Positions 18,507-29,683 are shown, counted from the stretch's first letter. The stretch: 64,000 nucleotides of DNA from Planctomycetota bacterium (GCA_965223845.1 CBDCXR010000004.1:4224001-4288000); one strand, 5' to 3'. Program-made: numbers and translations. Notes: a model not told the origin generated them from the sequence alone.

Positions 18507-19253
18507 ATGAGATCGAAGTTCTTTCTGGTAACGGTTCTAGTCGCGCTAGGATCGACTGCGGTCACAACTCTTGTCTCAATAGCTGTTGAAGACAACAGAC
18601 GCAGATCTCGTGGTGAGCGGCGATTTAACTGGAAAGGGTCGAATCAAGTTTCTGTGGCGTCTCGATTTTGCGCGGAGGTGTTAATTACGAATCACGGTCA
18701 TTTCGAGATGCTCGGGGACGCCGAGGACTTGGTTCGTGTGGCAAGCAAGTCGGCCGTGGATGCGATTGAGCTGAGGGCGTGCCTTCCACCGTTCGGATTG
18801 TGGTGTCGTGCAGTAATCGATTCTTCAACTGCAAGTTTGCATGACTTGGTATCTGCCGAACTCGCACACTCCTTCGGCGTGAGTCTTCGGACCGCCCACA
18901 AGGAGCGGGAAGTTCTAGTATTATCGTTCTCGGAAGATAACGAGATTTGCGTGGCTCCATCATTAATAGATTCAGATGCCGCGAAGATTGAAGTGTTCTC
19001 TCTTCGGTCGAAGCGGGAATTGACACAATTATTAAGTTATCATGGTAGTGCTGTATCGTTCTGTCGCCGACTCGAAAAACTGATCGATTTCCCTGTCGTT
19101 TTGGATGATGCGGTGCCGGGCGAAACAGCATTATCCATAGTCTGTTCTTGGTCGCCTGGCCGCGGGGGGCTGCTAGCTTCCCTGCGAGACAAAGGGGTCT
19201 TGCTGCGGCGAGCTGAGATCCGCATTGTGGTTTGCATAGTCGGAAATTTATAG
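18507..19253 (+). CDS. Second divergent TIGR03435/DUF3738-like protein
   Basis: N-terminal hydrophobic helix; FGVSLRTAHKEREVLVL, LEKLIDFPVVLD and LRDKGVLLRRAE parallel the upstream gene. Confidence 0.5.
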   Translation: MRSKFFLVTVLVALGSTAVTTLVSIAVEDNRRRSRGERRFNWKGSNQVSVASRFCAEVLITNHGHFEMLGDAEDLVRVASKSAVDAIELRACLPPFGLWCRAVIDSSTASLHDLVSAELAHSFGVSLRTAHKEREVLVLSFSEDNEICVAPSLIDSDAAKIEVFSLRSKRELTQLLSYHGSAVSFCRRLEKLIDFPVVLDDAVPGETALSIVCSWSPGRGGLLASLRDKGVLLRRAEIRIVVCIVGNL

Positions 19254-19339
19254 AGATCTCTGCGTCCACGTCATTCCGGAGTTTATCGGGGAAGACCATT
19301 GGCCGAGTTGCTGTATCCAGCATGGAGCCCCTCGCGGGA

Positions 19340-19720
19340 CAGAGACGATACTTCATCAGCATGTTTGATCTCGTCGGCTCGGGTGGCGTCTTTTCGACCG
19401 TCGAGGATCTCTTCTACTGGGACCAGGATTTCTATAGCGGAAAAGTCGGAGGAAAGGCCTTTCTTGCGCGTATGCATGAGGTTGGCAAGCTCAACAACGG
19501 CGAGCCTGCGGGTTACGCGGCCGGTTTGATCGCGGGTGAGTACAAGGGGCTTCGAACGGTTCGTCATGGTGGCGCATTCGGCGGCAATCGTGCCGAATTG
19601 CTTCGCTTTCCAGACGAGCGATTTACGGTGATCGTGCTGGCCAATGTCTCTTCCGCTTCATCTGGCTCACTCGCGACGCGAGTCGCCCATCTGTACTTGG
19701 CGGATCGCCACACCGTTTGG
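19340..19720 (+). pseudogene. C-terminal fragment of a beta-lactamase-like serine hydrolase
   Basis: GSGGVFSTVEDL, VRHGG and RFPDERFTVIVLAN motifs; SxxK and YxN region absent. Confidence 0.75.
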
Positions 19721-19890
19721 CCTTGCTCGATCATTTCCCGGCCACGACTTGACAGAGAATGCGCGTGGCGGACTAGTGGACCACTTGGCCGCGAATGCCA
19801 AGAGTGCGGGGCTTGTTCGGTAAAACGTCCGGCTTCCTGGCAGTAGCGAATCGGTCGATTCCTCCCGTGCTAGCAGGACACACAGCCGTA

Positions 19891-22284
19891 ATGAAGACCA
19901 TCGCCTTGGCGTTCTCCAGCGTTCTCTTGTTCGCGTACGGCCAGGTCGATGCGGCTGGGTCGATCGAGAACCGATGGCTGAAGCTGGACGGTTCCTCGAT
20001 CGCCGCCGTCACGCTGACGGACAAGGCGTCGGGCCAGGCTGTTGCCCGGTACTCCGACCTACCGGGAGACAGCGAGTTCAGGTCGTCCGTTGCGAACAGC
20101 CGCGTCTGGGGAACAGGCGCGCGCATCGAGGCGGTCTCCAGGCGACGAACAACGACGTTCACGCTCTATGAGTCGTCGCCGTTCCTGTTCGTTCATTCGA
20201 CGATTCACAACACGACGGACAAGCCGCTGGTCGCGGCGAGTCTGGAACTGTTCGAGGTGAAAGCTCATCTCGGCGCGCCAGTAACACAACTCCGGAGCTT
20301 TGGCACCGGGTTTCTCAAGTCACTGGACGTACCCGCAACGAGCTTCTCGTTCACTGCGCTCGTCGAACCCGAATCTCGTCGCGGGCTGGTCGTTTCTCAG
20401 TTGACTCACCAGCGATCCAGCGGCGTGTTCACGACTCGTGCCGAAGGCGAGGCGGTTTCGATCGGTGGGCGTCTCGATTTCGGGCGGTTTCAGGTCGAGG
20501 CCGGCGAGTCCCGCGACACCGACACGATCTTGGTCGGTCACTTCGACGACGCTCGCGTGGGACTGGAGTCCTATGCCGACGCCATCGCTCGCCATCACGG
20601 CATCCAGTTGAAGACACAGGCGGTTGATTACTGCACCTGGTATCACGCCCGAGCCTCGGATGAGAAGAAGCTCGCCGAGAATACGGAGTTCGCGGCGAAG
20701 CATTTGGCTCCCTTCGGGCTGGATGTCATCCAGATCGACGACGACTGGCAGAAGCTGACGCCCAGTTTCTCGAAACCGGAAACGCGGAAGCGTGGCAAGG
20801 GTCCCGTGAAAACGTTTGTCGAATCGAAGGAGAACTATTCCAGCGGAATGGCTGCAACCGCGACCAATATCACCGGTCACCAGTTCACGGCGGGACTGTG
20901 GTTCATGCCCTTTGCTGGTGGGTATCGAACCTCCTACTTCGCTGACAAGCAGGACCTGTTTGCGCACTGGCCCGACGGGACGCCGATCGAGGACCCACGG
21001 TGGTCGGGAACTCTGCTCGATCTGACGAATCCCAGAACCCAGGCTTTCGTTCATCAGCGAACGAAGCGGATCTACGACTGGGGCTATCGCTACTTCAAGC
21101 TGGACGGCCTTCACACCGGCACTGTGACTTACAACGTCTACGTCAACACGGACTGGCGAACACGGGGGCTGACGAACTCCCGGAACTTCGTCGGCTCCCA
21201 GAGCTCGCCGGCGAAGATCGATTCCAATGAGCCGTCGGCAGCTCTCCATGACGCAACCAAGACGCACATCGAGGCCTATCGCATCGGACTGGACACTCTC
21301 CGGAGAGCGGCACCGGACGCGTTCCTTCTGGGCTGCAACGTCTCGCAAAACATGCGAAGCATGGGGGCGGCCTTCGACAAGATCGACGCCATGCGGATCG
21401 GCCCCGACAACGGCCGAGGCGGCAGCGGCCGGTGGGATCATGTGACCAAGGGAGCGCTGCATGGATCAAACCTCTATTTTCTCAACGCCCGTGTGTGGCA
21501 CAACGACCCGGACCCGGTTTACGTCCGTGCATCCAATCCTCTCGAATCGGCCCGTTGGATGGTCTCCTGGGTCGCCGTCACGGGCAGTATGCTGACGACC
21601 AGCGAGCAGTTTTCGGAGCTCCCGCCAGAACGACTCGATCTTTTGAAGCGTGCGATGCCCAGCGTCTTCCGCAGCTCGCGCAGCAGTGACACTCTCATCG
21701 CACGTCCCGTCGATCTGTTTCGTTCCGAGACTCCACGAATCTGGCTGCTGACGGATACGAGAAAGAGCGTCCGCCGGGACGTCATCGGTCTTTTCAATTG
21801 GAAGGAGAAGGAAGCGGAAACCATCGTCTGTTCAATGAGCCGCATCGGCTTGGACGAGGACCGCAGTTTCGTCGCGTTCGACTACTGGGCGAACGAGTTC
21901 GTCGAGCCCTTCAAGGGAAACCTCCACCAAACCCTCCCGGCAGGAACGTGCCGCGTGCTTGCGGTTCGTCCGGAAGCGAATCACCCGCAGCTGCTCAGCA
22001 CGTCACGCCACATCACCCAGGGAGTCATCGACGTTCTCGAGGAGAGTTGGGACACCGATTCGCGCACACTGTCTGGGCGCAGTGCTGTCGTCGCGGCCGA
22101 TCCGTATGAATTGCGAATCACTTTCCCGCCGGCGGGCACGTGGAAGATAACCGAGTTGTCCGTGAGCGATGGGGCAACCATCAAAGCGGGCGAAGCGAAC
22201 CATCGAGGTGCTCGCGTCATGATCACACCGCGACGCACCGGGGAACTCCGCTGGAAGGTCGTCTTTCGAAACGGCGCACGTTGA
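19891..22284 (+). CDS. Secreted glycoside hydrolase, GH36/alpha-galactosidase-like (clan D)
   Basis: Signal peptide; YCTWY, IQIDDDW, GLWFMPF, YFKLDG, MRIGPD and WHNDPD motifs. Confidence 0.85.
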   Translation: MKTIALAFSSVLLFAYGQVDAAGSIENRWLKLDGSSIAAVTLTDKASGQAVARYSDLPGDSEFRSSVANSRVWGTGARIEAVSRRRTTTFTLYESSPFLFVHSTIHNTTDKPLVAASLELFEVKAHLGAPVTQLRSFGTGFLKSLDVPATSFSFTALVEPESRRGLVVSQLTHQRSSGVFTTRAEGEAVSIGGRLDFGRFQVEAGESRDTDTILVGHFDDARVGLESYADAIARHHGIQLKTQAVDYCTWYHARASDEKKLAENTEFAAKHLAPFGLDVIQIDDDWQKLTPSFSKPETRKRGKGPVKTFVESKENYSSGMAATATNITGHQFTAGLWFMPFAGGYRTSYFADKQDLFAHWPDGTPIEDPRWSGTLLDLTNPRTQAFVHQRTKRIYDWGYRYFKLDGLHTGTVTYNVYVNTDWRTRGLTNSRNFVGSQSSPAKIDSNEPSAALHDATKTHIEAYRIGLDTLRRAAPDAFLLGCNVSQNMRSMGAAFDKIDAMRIGPDNGRGGSGRWDHVTKGALHGSNLYFLNARVWHNDPDPVYVRASNPLESARWMVSWVAVTGSMLTTSEQFSELPPERLDLLKRAMPSVFRSSRSSDTLIARPVDLFRSETPRIWLLTDTRKSVRRDVIGLFNWKEKEAETIVCSMSRIGLDEDRSFVAFDYWANEFVEPFKGNLHQTLPAGTCRVLAVRPEANHPQLLSTSRHITQGVIDVLEESWDTDSRTLSGRSAVVAADPYELRITFPPAGTWKITELSVSDGATIKAGEANHRGARVMITPRRTGELRWKVVFRNGAR

Positions 22285-22393
22285 CTCGCTCTACGGCTGC
22301 TTCCTGAATCAGGCTGGCCCCTTCATCGGTTCTGGGTTTTGAAGGATTCGGTTGAAGCTGGCGGTCATCGTGCATCCGGCGCTGGAGATCTCT

Positions 22394-23236
22394 ATGGAGT
22401 ACCAGGAGTTACGCCCGTCTTCCGATCTTGCGCGTATCGTGCGGTGCTACTGGACACTGCGGCAAGCGGGCGACCGACCGACACAGCCTCGAGAGAAGAT
22501 TCTCCCCGATGGTTGTTGCGAGATCGTTTTCAACCGCGCCGATGTCTTTCGCAAGCGAGCGGCGGATGGTGTCTGGCACGAACAGCCGCGCGTCCTGGTT
22601 GCCGGACAGCTAGAGAAGGTCCTCGAGGTCATGCCGTCCGGCGTGATCGATCTTTTCTCGGTGCGCTTTCAGCCGACTGGTCTCCATTTGCTTACCGGCT
22701 TGGCCGTCGCGGAGATCCGCGGACTGCAGGTAGAACTCAGCGATGTCCTCCGACCGATCGAGCGAGCGATGGGCGACCTCGAGAGTCTCACGCCGCGCCA
22801 GGCCGTGGCTCAGGTCGAGAAAACCCTGAGACGATTCGTCCGTTCGCGCAGCGGCTCGACCGGGGCAGTGGAACACGCCGTAGACCTGATCGAGGCCTCC
22901 AAGGGCGATCTTCCTCTCGAACTCGTAGCGCGGCGCTGCGAGATGAGTCGCAGGCAGCTGGAGCGGCGCTTTCTCGTCGTAGTAGGCCTGCGCCCTAAGC
23001 AATTCGCCCGGATCGTCCGCTTTCAGAGCTTGCTCGACCTGGTCGAGGTCGAAGGACCGAAGCACTGGTCCTCACTCGCACTGCGCGGTGGCTACTTCGA
23101 TCAATCACACATGATTCGTGAGTTTCGAAAGTTTGCCAACGAATCTCCCGCGGCTTACTTCGCCGGAGAGCATCCCCTCGCGACTCATCTTTCGGGAACG
23201 GACATGTCGCATTCATCCAATCCGGCGTCGGACTGA
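22394..23236 (+). CDS. AraC family regulator with DUF6597 N-terminal domain
   Basis: ILPDGCCEIVF; SRRQLERRF...GLRPK...RIVRFQ; GYFDQSHMIREFRKF; GGAG RBS. Confidence 0.9.
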   Translation: MEYQELRPSSDLARIVRCYWTLRQAGDRPTQPREKILPDGCCEIVFNRADVFRKRAADGVWHEQPRVLVAGQLEKVLEVMPSGVIDLFSVRFQPTGLHLLTGLAVAEIRGLQVELSDVLRPIERAMGDLESLTPRQAVAQVEKTLRRFVRSRSGSTGAVEHAVDLIEASKGDLPLELVARRCEMSRRQLERRFLVVVGLRPKQFARIVRFQSLLDLVEVEGPKHWSSLALRGGYFDQSHMIREFRKFANESPAAYFAGEHPLATHLSGTDMSHSSNPASD

Positions 23237-23372
23237 TTCGCTAACCTGACGAGCGCGTCTGTCAGTCGGGAGATGAACAAGCGCGTGCGGGCCGCGACTA
23301 CAAATGTTCGAGCTGACGGACATTGGAAGCGCCGCAATCTTCGTTGATCACGAGTCGAAAGGAAGCTCCGCA

Positions 23373-24266
23373 ATGTCCTTACGCACTTGGCTGGTAACAG
23401 CGCTCGCACTCCTCGCAGTTCGCGGTGCCACGAGGGCCTCGAACGCACGCGCCCCGCAGGACGAGGAACTGCGCAAGTTGGGTGGTACGTGGGTATTCGT
23501 CGAGGACCGCACCGAGGGTCGCGCCGTCGAGAAGCAGGGTGCCCCCATGAGCGTCAGGTTCAAGTTGCGCGTTGAGAAAGACGCGGTCGTTTACCCGCGT
23601 CCTCGAGGCGATGAGCGCATCACGCTCGACGGCTCGATCATCGAGAAGAAGGACAACGGTTCGATCAAGCGCTACCACGGCGAGTGGAAGGATGGCGCAC
23701 TCGAGTACACGCAAGAGACGGTGCGCCTGTCGGACAACAAGCGCGTCTTCGTGTTGCGGAGAGTGTTTCGCGTCACAGACGACGGCCTGCTAGTCGACGT
23801 CATTCTCGATGAGAAGTCGAAACAGGTGGCGCTCTACCGCCATCCGGAGGACATCGCGCTAGCCGAGCCAGCCAAGGCCGCGATTGCCGACATCGCGTGG
23901 TTGGCCGACGCGTGGGTCGGAACGCGGCGCAAGTCGTCGATCGAGGAGCGTTGGAGCCCGCCGAAGGGCGGCGCGATGCTCGGCATCTCACGCACGGTCA
24001 GAGGAGACAAGATGGTCGGATTCGAGTACCTGCGCATCGTCGAGCGCGACGGTGGGCTGGTCTACGTCGCGCAGCCCGGCGGACGTCCGCCGACCGAGTT
24101 CGTGCTCACCGAGCTGGACAAGAAGCGCGCCGTATTCGTGAATCCCCGCCACGACTACCCGCAGCGCATCGTCTACGAAGTTTCGAGAGATGGCGCCCTG
24201 ACGGCATCGATCGGCTTCGCAAAAGGCCGCCTCCAGAGCTACGAGTACAAGCGCGAGGGCGAGTAG
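23373..24266 (+). CDS. Secreted two-domain protein with C-terminal DUF6265
   Basis: Signal peptide; IEERWSPPKGGAMLG, FEYLRI and FVNPRHDYPQRIVY motifs. Confidence 0.8.
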   Translation: MSLRTWLVTALALLAVRGATRASNARAPQDEELRKLGGTWVFVEDRTEGRAVEKQGAPMSVRFKLRVEKDAVVYPRPRGDERITLDGSIIEKKDNGSIKRYHGEWKDGALEYTQETVRLSDNKRVFVLRRVFRVTDDGLLVDVILDEKSKQVALYRHPEDIALAEPAKAAIADIAWLADAWVGTRRKSSIEERWSPPKGGAMLGISRTVRGDKMVGFEYLRIVERDGGLVYVAQPGGRPPTEFVLTELDKKRAVFVNPRHDYPQRIVYEVSRDGALTASIGFAKGRLQSYEYKREGE

Positions 24267-24304
24267 AGGTACCACCGCGGCGCTAGTTCGGCACGTTCGA
24301 ACAC

Positions 24305-24740
24305 CCCGCGTGGATGAAACTCGAACGCGGTTTGCAACGGGACTTGGAATGAAGGCCCCCACCGCGAGACAGTCACGGGGCCATGTTCGGGATTGACGAG
24401 CTCGCTGCGGTAGGCGAGCGAGCGTCCATTGGCCAGAGACGATTTCGCCCCGGCGGCTTCCTCTGACTCGACGACGGGCACTTGAACGACACGCCGATTG
24501 CCGCCGCGTGCCAGCGCTAAGACCTACAGAGATCTCCGACCGCGAGGGCTGCGTCTGCTCGGCGGCGACGTGTTCGTCGTCCCGCAAGACGAGATCGCCC
24601 TCGCGAACCTGATCCGTCACTTTCGCGAGTTCGACCCATCGACCGTTCACCGGAAACTGGGCCTTTTGACGAGCGATTCGTGCTCTCGATCAAGAGCGAG
24701 TGTCTCGACCGGATGATCCGGTTCACCGAGGCGTCGCTAG
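24305..24740 (+). mobile_element. Degenerate family-1-type remnant (left end, leader, transposase fragment)
   Basis: Leader homologous to 15232-15400; ERFVLSIKSECLDRMIRFTEASL at ~24671-24740. Confidence 0.7.
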
Positions 24741-27700
24741 TTCCGCCTCTCGACCTCGATCGCCGCCACTGCAGGCGCTGCGACTCGATGCACGAACTGC
24801 ACGTCGAGCCATCCGTCGCGAACTTCGACGTCGAAAACCTGCTGAGTCGCCGTTGCCAAACCCGCGGCGGCCGGCTCGTATTCGTGCAGGACGACGCGAT
24901 CCTCGAGGCGCACGTCGAACGCTCGCTGCGGCTCCGGTGGACTTTCTCCCTCGTCGAAAATCTCGGCGAAGTGAAGCACGACCCGGTAGCGCCCCGCCGG
25001 TAGCGGAATGCGGTAACCCGGTGGAGACAGCGCTTGCGCTGCGAACCAGCGATGGCTCTGATAGAGGAGGTCCTCATCGGTGCCCAACACTTCTCCGGTG
25101 AACGGCCGCTTGACGCCGGTGAGCCCGTACTCGAAGTAGCGACTGCCCGAGGTGAAGAACCCGTCCGAGAGCCACGTTTTTCCATCCGCGCCGACGTGCC
25201 TCTCTCCCCCGCAGTTGACTCGGACCGCTCCGTCCTGAATCAATCGTTCGAGAGCCTCTCGCAGTCTCGCTCCGCGGCCCGTGTCGTCGGTGGTCTCATC
25301 CACGTGCGGAAACGCCGCCAGCGTTTCCTCGGGCGTGCGATCGAGATCGACGAGGCAGACGCGGAGCCAAGCGCTCCAGAGAGAGCTGCTGTCCTCCACG
25401 CCGCTGCCGAGCGCGACGCGGAGTCGCTTCTCCGCGTCCTCGGCCTTCTCGCTCGCGACCAGGCACTCGGCGAGTCGCTCGAAGGGCTCCGGACGTGACG
25501 CTCCTCCTGTCGCGATGCTCTGCGCGAAACGGAGGGCGGCTCGATCGCTCTCACCGGCGAGCTGAAGACTGCGTCCTTCCAAATAGGCGATGCGACTCTC
25601 CATGTGGTCCGTGCCGACCCGCCCGACGATGTCCTTGATGAAGTTGAAGACGCCGGGCTTCCTTCTCGCCTCGAGGGCAGCGTCGATCGAGGCGAACGAT
25701 GCCAGCCCTGACGGGAACCGCTCCCATTGCTCGTCGAGTTCGCGCCGCGTTTTCTCGGTCGCACCGGGCAAGCGTATCGCGCGCTCGAGACACCTGAGCA
25801 CTTGGCCCTCCGCACCGAGCGTCCGGTGAATCTCGGCGAGCGCGACGAGCTCGAACGCCTTGGCCCGATCCTCGAGCGGCTCCGCGCTCAGGTGGCGACG
25901 CAGCTCCTCGAGCTCCTCGCGCACGCTCTCCTCCGGATGCTTCTTCAGCTCTCGGGCCCACGCTCGCAGGCATGAGGAGTAGTGCGCCCGTGTGCGCCAG
26001 TCCTCCGGCAATCGCCGCCAGGTTCGCCGAGCCACGTCGCAATTCCGCCGATGCAGAATCAGGCGCTGCCTCGTGCGTCGAAGGGCTCTATCCTCAGGCG
26101 TGCCGATCCCATAGCGGTCTCGCTCCTCGGACGTGAGCTCGCGCGGCTTGTTGGCCCGCGCGACCGGCAACGGGTCGAGAGGCCACTTCCGAATGTTCCG
26201 GTCTCCCGACAGCGTGTACAGCGACTCGCCGTCAGCGCTGAAAGCGGCGTAGCGGAACTCGCCCTCCGGTGCCTCGATCGTCAATCGCTCCTCGCCGCTC
26301 GTTTCACTCCAGACGCGCGCCGTGCCGTCGCGGGAGAGCGTGACCACGAGCCCCTTCGCGGCGTGCAGGTCCGCATGAGTGACTCGACCCTCGTGCCCGA
26401 CGAGATGCTGGAGCACACTTCCGGTGAGTGCGTCGACGATCGCGGCCGTGTTGTCGTGAGCACCGGTGACGATTTTCCGATCATCGTCGAAGAAGCCGAC
26501 GAAGGTCACCCAGCCTCGATGGTTCGTCCGTGACCAGATCAGCTTGCCCGTAGACGCCTCCCAGAGCTTGACGGTCCAGTCGTGCGAGCCGGTGACGACC
26601 CTCTCGCCGTCGCTGCTGAACGCGGCCTGATTGACGAAGTTCTTGTGGCCGTCACGTCCGCCGAGGACGACGAGGCGCTCGCCGGTCTCCGCGTCCCAGA
26701 TCTGGGCAGAGCCGTCGGCTGCGGATGTCGCGACCCTTTTGCCATCCGAGGAGAACGTTGCGTGAATCACCGCTTCACGGTGACCTCGCAGAATTGCGAT
26801 CGGCCTTCCGCTCGACGCGTCCCAGATTCGCGCGGTCTTGTCATAAGCGGCAGAGGCGATGCGATTCCCATCGGGGCTGAAGCAGGCGAACCAGACGTGA
26901 CCCGCGTGACCCTCGATCCTCAGCATGGGCTCCCCCCCGCCGTCGCGACCGAGCGGCGCCGTCGTCGTTCGCCACACTAAAAGCTGATCTCGTTTCCGCG
27001 ACAGCGCGCGGTCGCGACTGAGTGGAGAACACGGAAGGACTCGACGGATCTCTCGGCTCGAGTCGGGACTCGACCGCACAGACAGCGCCGGAGCCAAGCG
27101 CCAGATCCGCGCCGTTGTGTCCTCCGAAACCGTAGCGAGATGGCGACCGTCCCGACTGAAAGCACATCCCCGGACGTCGCTGTGATGGGCCCGCAATACG
27201 ACGAGCTCCGCACCAGTGTGGGCGTCCCAGATACGTGTGGTTTGGTCTCGCGAAACCGTGACGACGAGTCGATCATCGGGGGCGAATACGGCGGAGACGA
27301 CGGCGGCTCTGTGCCCCGTGAGAGTCCTGACGACTTCGCCGCTGCCGGCGTCTACGAGGTAGACCGAATTGTGAGCACACGCGGCGATGAGACTCCGATC
27401 GTGACTGAATTGAACGAAACGCCACACCCTGTGCTTCGCGGCGTCCCAGAGCACGGCGACTCCGTCTTTCACGACGAGACGGACGGAGCCTTCAACGCCG
27501 ACGTCGAGATCGTAGGAAGCGCCGTGACGCAGGGTGAAACCCTCACCCGGTTCGAGCGTCTCCGGATCCAGGCGCGTGATGCGGTTGTTGTTGTCACTCA
27601 ACCAGAGCTGACCATCGAGCGATGAGAAGTGGATCTCTCGGAGCCGGACCGAGAATGCCCTCCTCCTGAGCTCGCGGCCCGACTCCGTCTCGAAGATGAA

Positions 27701-29683
27701 AACGTTCGTCCAGCCACAGAAGAAGAGGTGTTTTCCGTCCTCGCTGAATAGGACATCGTTAAGCGGGTCATTCGCCACGAATCGAGACAGCTCCTCGCCG
27801 CTGCCGAGATCCCAGATGCGCGCCGTCCCATCGCGACTGGAGGTGACGACTCTCTTTCCGTCCGGACTGAAGTCGGCGCAGTAGGCCCACAGCTCATGGC
27901 CTCGCAGCGTCCTCACCTCGCGTAACTCTGCGAGGCTAGCGAGAAGCGCGTTGTTCGAGGCACGGCCCGGTTCGAGTGCCGCACCCTCGAGAGCGAGCAG
28001 GAGAGCCAGGGTTGGATCCGTCGGGAGCTCCGCGGCCGAGAGCGCCAGGAGGCGGTGCGCCTCGACCTGAACGAGAGCCGCGCTCTTTTCCGCGGATTCC
28101 CGCTCGAGGCGCCCGAGAGCGACCTGCTTCGCGTCGCTTTCGCTCTGCAAACGGCCGAGCGCCGTTTGCTTCGCCTCGCGTTCGTTCTCGACGTGCCGTA
28201 GAAGGACCAGAGACATCACCAGCGCCGCGACCAGCACGACCACGACTCCCGCCACCGAAGCTGCGACGCCGCGATTCCGAGCGACCCACTTCTTGAACTC
28301 GACGACGGCTCCGGTGCGGTAAGCCCGGACAACTCGATTCTCCTGAAACGCCCGCAAGTCTGCCGCCATCTCCGCCATGTCGGCGTATCGGTCGTCCCTC
28401 GATCGCGCCATCGCCCTCTCGCAGATCGCGACAAGCTCGGGCGGGCTGTCTGGTCTCCACCGAGTGAGTTCCTGAGGAGGCCCGCGCCGGACCGCCGACA
28501 AGATTCGGTCAGGAGTCGTCTGCGAACCGGGATCCGTGTACGGCGCGCGGCCGGCTAGGAGCGTGTACAACATCGCGCCGACCGAGTAGACATCCGAGCG
28601 CGCGTCGAGCTGATCGACGCGTCCTTCGGCCTGCTCGGGTGGCATGAACGAGGGGGTTCCGACGATCGTTCCCTCGAGTGTCTGGAGCCGCGAGTCTTCG
28701 CCGTCGGGTCCCCAGCGAAGAGCGGAGGCGGCGTGGCCTCCCTCGGAACTTTCATTTTGCTGCGTGTCGGCAGAATCGAGGGAGCCGTCGTTCTCCAGCA
28801 ACTTCGCGAGCCCCCAGTCCATAACGTAGGTTTCGCCGAAGTTCCCGACCATGACGTTCGAGGGTTTCAAGTCGCGATGGATGACACCCTTGGAATGGGC
28901 ATAAGCCAACGTCTCGCAAACCCGAGCGATCACGTCGAGGACGCGGGCTTCGGTCCAGCCCTCCGCGCCGGCGAGCGCCAAATCGATCACCTTTCCGAGG
29001 TCGCGGCCGTCGACCAGGCGCATCGTGAAGAACAACTTGCCATCGCGGTCGACGCCGACGTCGTGAAGCGGCACGACGCCGGGATGATCAAGCTGCCCCG
29101 TCAGTCGAGCTTCGTGGATGAAACGGCTCAGAAGACGCGCATCGGTGTGAAGGCCATTCCGTCTTGGCGACGCGACATCCGCTTCGCCGCCCTCCGACGA
29201 TGAGTCCTCTCTCGCCCGCACGACCTTCATCGCCAGCTGGCGACGGAGCGCCTGGTCCCAGATACGAAACACGACGCCCATGCCACCGCGACCGACCTCC
29301 TCGCGTCGCACGAAGCGCTCACCGGGAGAAGTCAGGCGCCTCAGAGCTTCGAGCCAGAGGATCGCGGACTCATCGTCGACCGCGTCGGCACCGAGGGACG
29401 CAGGAGCAAGCTCCTCGAGCGCGCGCGCGAGCTCGGGTCGCGCCGCGAGGAGCTCGGCGAGAGGATCGCTACCGTGCTGCGAGGGATGTGGCGGCGCGAC
29501 ATTGGAGACGGCCTCGAGGAACTCCTCTGCCAGCGGATGCGCACCGAGAAGCGACTCGACCTCCGCACGCAGGTCGACGTCTCCTTGACAAGCGTCGGCG
29601 ACAAACGCCGCGCGCTCGTCGGGTTCGAGATCGAGCGCGTCCTCGAAGATCTCGAGAGCGCTGCGCGACCTCTCAGTCGACAC
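24737..29683 (-). CDS. Hanks-type Ser/Thr kinase - TM - coiled coil - WD40 repeats - TPR-like - malectin (1648 aa)
   Basis: GRGGMGVV, HRDLKPSN, DWG and GTPSFMPPE motifs; TM VAASVAGVVVVLVAALVMSLVLL; many GH...FSPDG...WD repeats; C-terminal VRVNCGG...YRVVLHFAEI malectin motifs. Confidence 0.92.
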   Translation of the reverse strand: MSTERSRSALEIFEDALDLEPDERAAFVADACQGDVDLRAEVESLLGAHPLAEEFLEAVSNVAPPHPSQHGSDPLAELLAARPELARALEELAPASLGADAVDDESAILWLEALRRLTSPGERFVRREEVGRGGMGVVFRIWDQALRRQLAMKVVRAREDSSSEGGEADVASPRRNGLHTDARLLSRFIHEARLTGQLDHPGVVPLHDVGVDRDGKLFFTMRLVDGRDLGKVIDLALAGAEGWTEARVLDVIARVCETLAYAHSKGVIHRDLKPSNVMVGNFGETYVMDWGLAKLLENDGSLDSADTQQNESSEGGHAASALRWGPDGEDSRLQTLEGTIVGTPSFMPPEQAEGRVDQLDARSDVYSVGAMLYTLLAGRAPYTDPGSQTTPDRILSAVRRGPPQELTRWRPDSPPELVAICERAMARSRDDRYADMAEMAADLRAFQENRVVRAYRTGAVVEFKKWVARNRGVAASVAGVVVVLVAALVMSLVLLRHVENEREAKQTALGRLQSESDAKQVALGRLERESAEKSAALVQVEAHRLLALSAAELPTDPTLALLLALEGAALEPGRASNNALLASLAELREVRTLRGHELWAYCADFSPDGKRVVTSSRDGTARIWDLGSGEELSRFVANDPLNDVLFSEDGKHLFFCGWTNVFIFETESGRELRRRAFSVRLREIHFSSLDGQLWLSDNNNRITRLDPETLEPGEGFTLRHGASYDLDVGVEGSVRLVVKDGVAVLWDAAKHRVWRFVQFSHDRSLIAACAHNSVYLVDAGSGEVVRTLTGHRAAVVSAVFAPDDRLVVTVSRDQTTRIWDAHTGAELVVLRAHHSDVRGCAFSRDGRHLATVSEDTTARIWRLAPALSVRSSPDSSREIRRVLPCSPLSRDRALSRKRDQLLVWRTTTAPLGRDGGGEPMLRIEGHAGHVWFACFSPDGNRIASAAYDKTARIWDASSGRPIAILRGHREAVIHATFSSDGKRVATSAADGSAQIWDAETGERLVVLGGRDGHKNFVNQAAFSSDGERVVTGSHDWTVKLWEASTGKLIWSRTNHRGWVTFVGFFDDDRKIVTGAHDNTAAIVDALTGSVLQHLVGHEGRVTHADLHAAKGLVVTLSRDGTARVWSETSGEERLTIEAPEGEFRYAAFSADGESLYTLSGDRNIRKWPLDPLPVARANKPRELTSEERDRYGIGTPEDRALRRTRQRLILHRRNCDVARRTWRRLPEDWRTRAHYSSCLRAWARELKKHPEESVREELEELRRHLSAEPLEDRAKAFELVALAEIHRTLGAEGQVLRCLERAIRLPGATEKTRRELDEQWERFPSGLASFASIDAALEARRKPGVFNFIKDIVGRVGTDHMESRIAYLEGRSLQLAGESDRAALRFAQSIATGGASRPEPFERLAECLVASEKAEDAEKRLRVALGSGVEDSSSLWSAWLRVCLVDLDRTPEETLAAFPHVDETTDDTGRGARLREALERLIQDGAVRVNCGGERHVGADGKTWLSDGFFTSGSRYFEYGLTGVKRPFTGEVLGTDEDLLYQSHRWFAAQALSPPGYRIPLPAGRYRVVLHFAEIFDEGESPPEPQRAFDVRLEDRVVLHEYEPAAAGLATATQQVFDVEVRDGWLDVQFVHRVAAPAVAAIEVERRN

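Noticed and set aside
26100-27930. DNA-level repeats within the kinase gene
   Set aside because: Explained by WD40 protein repeats
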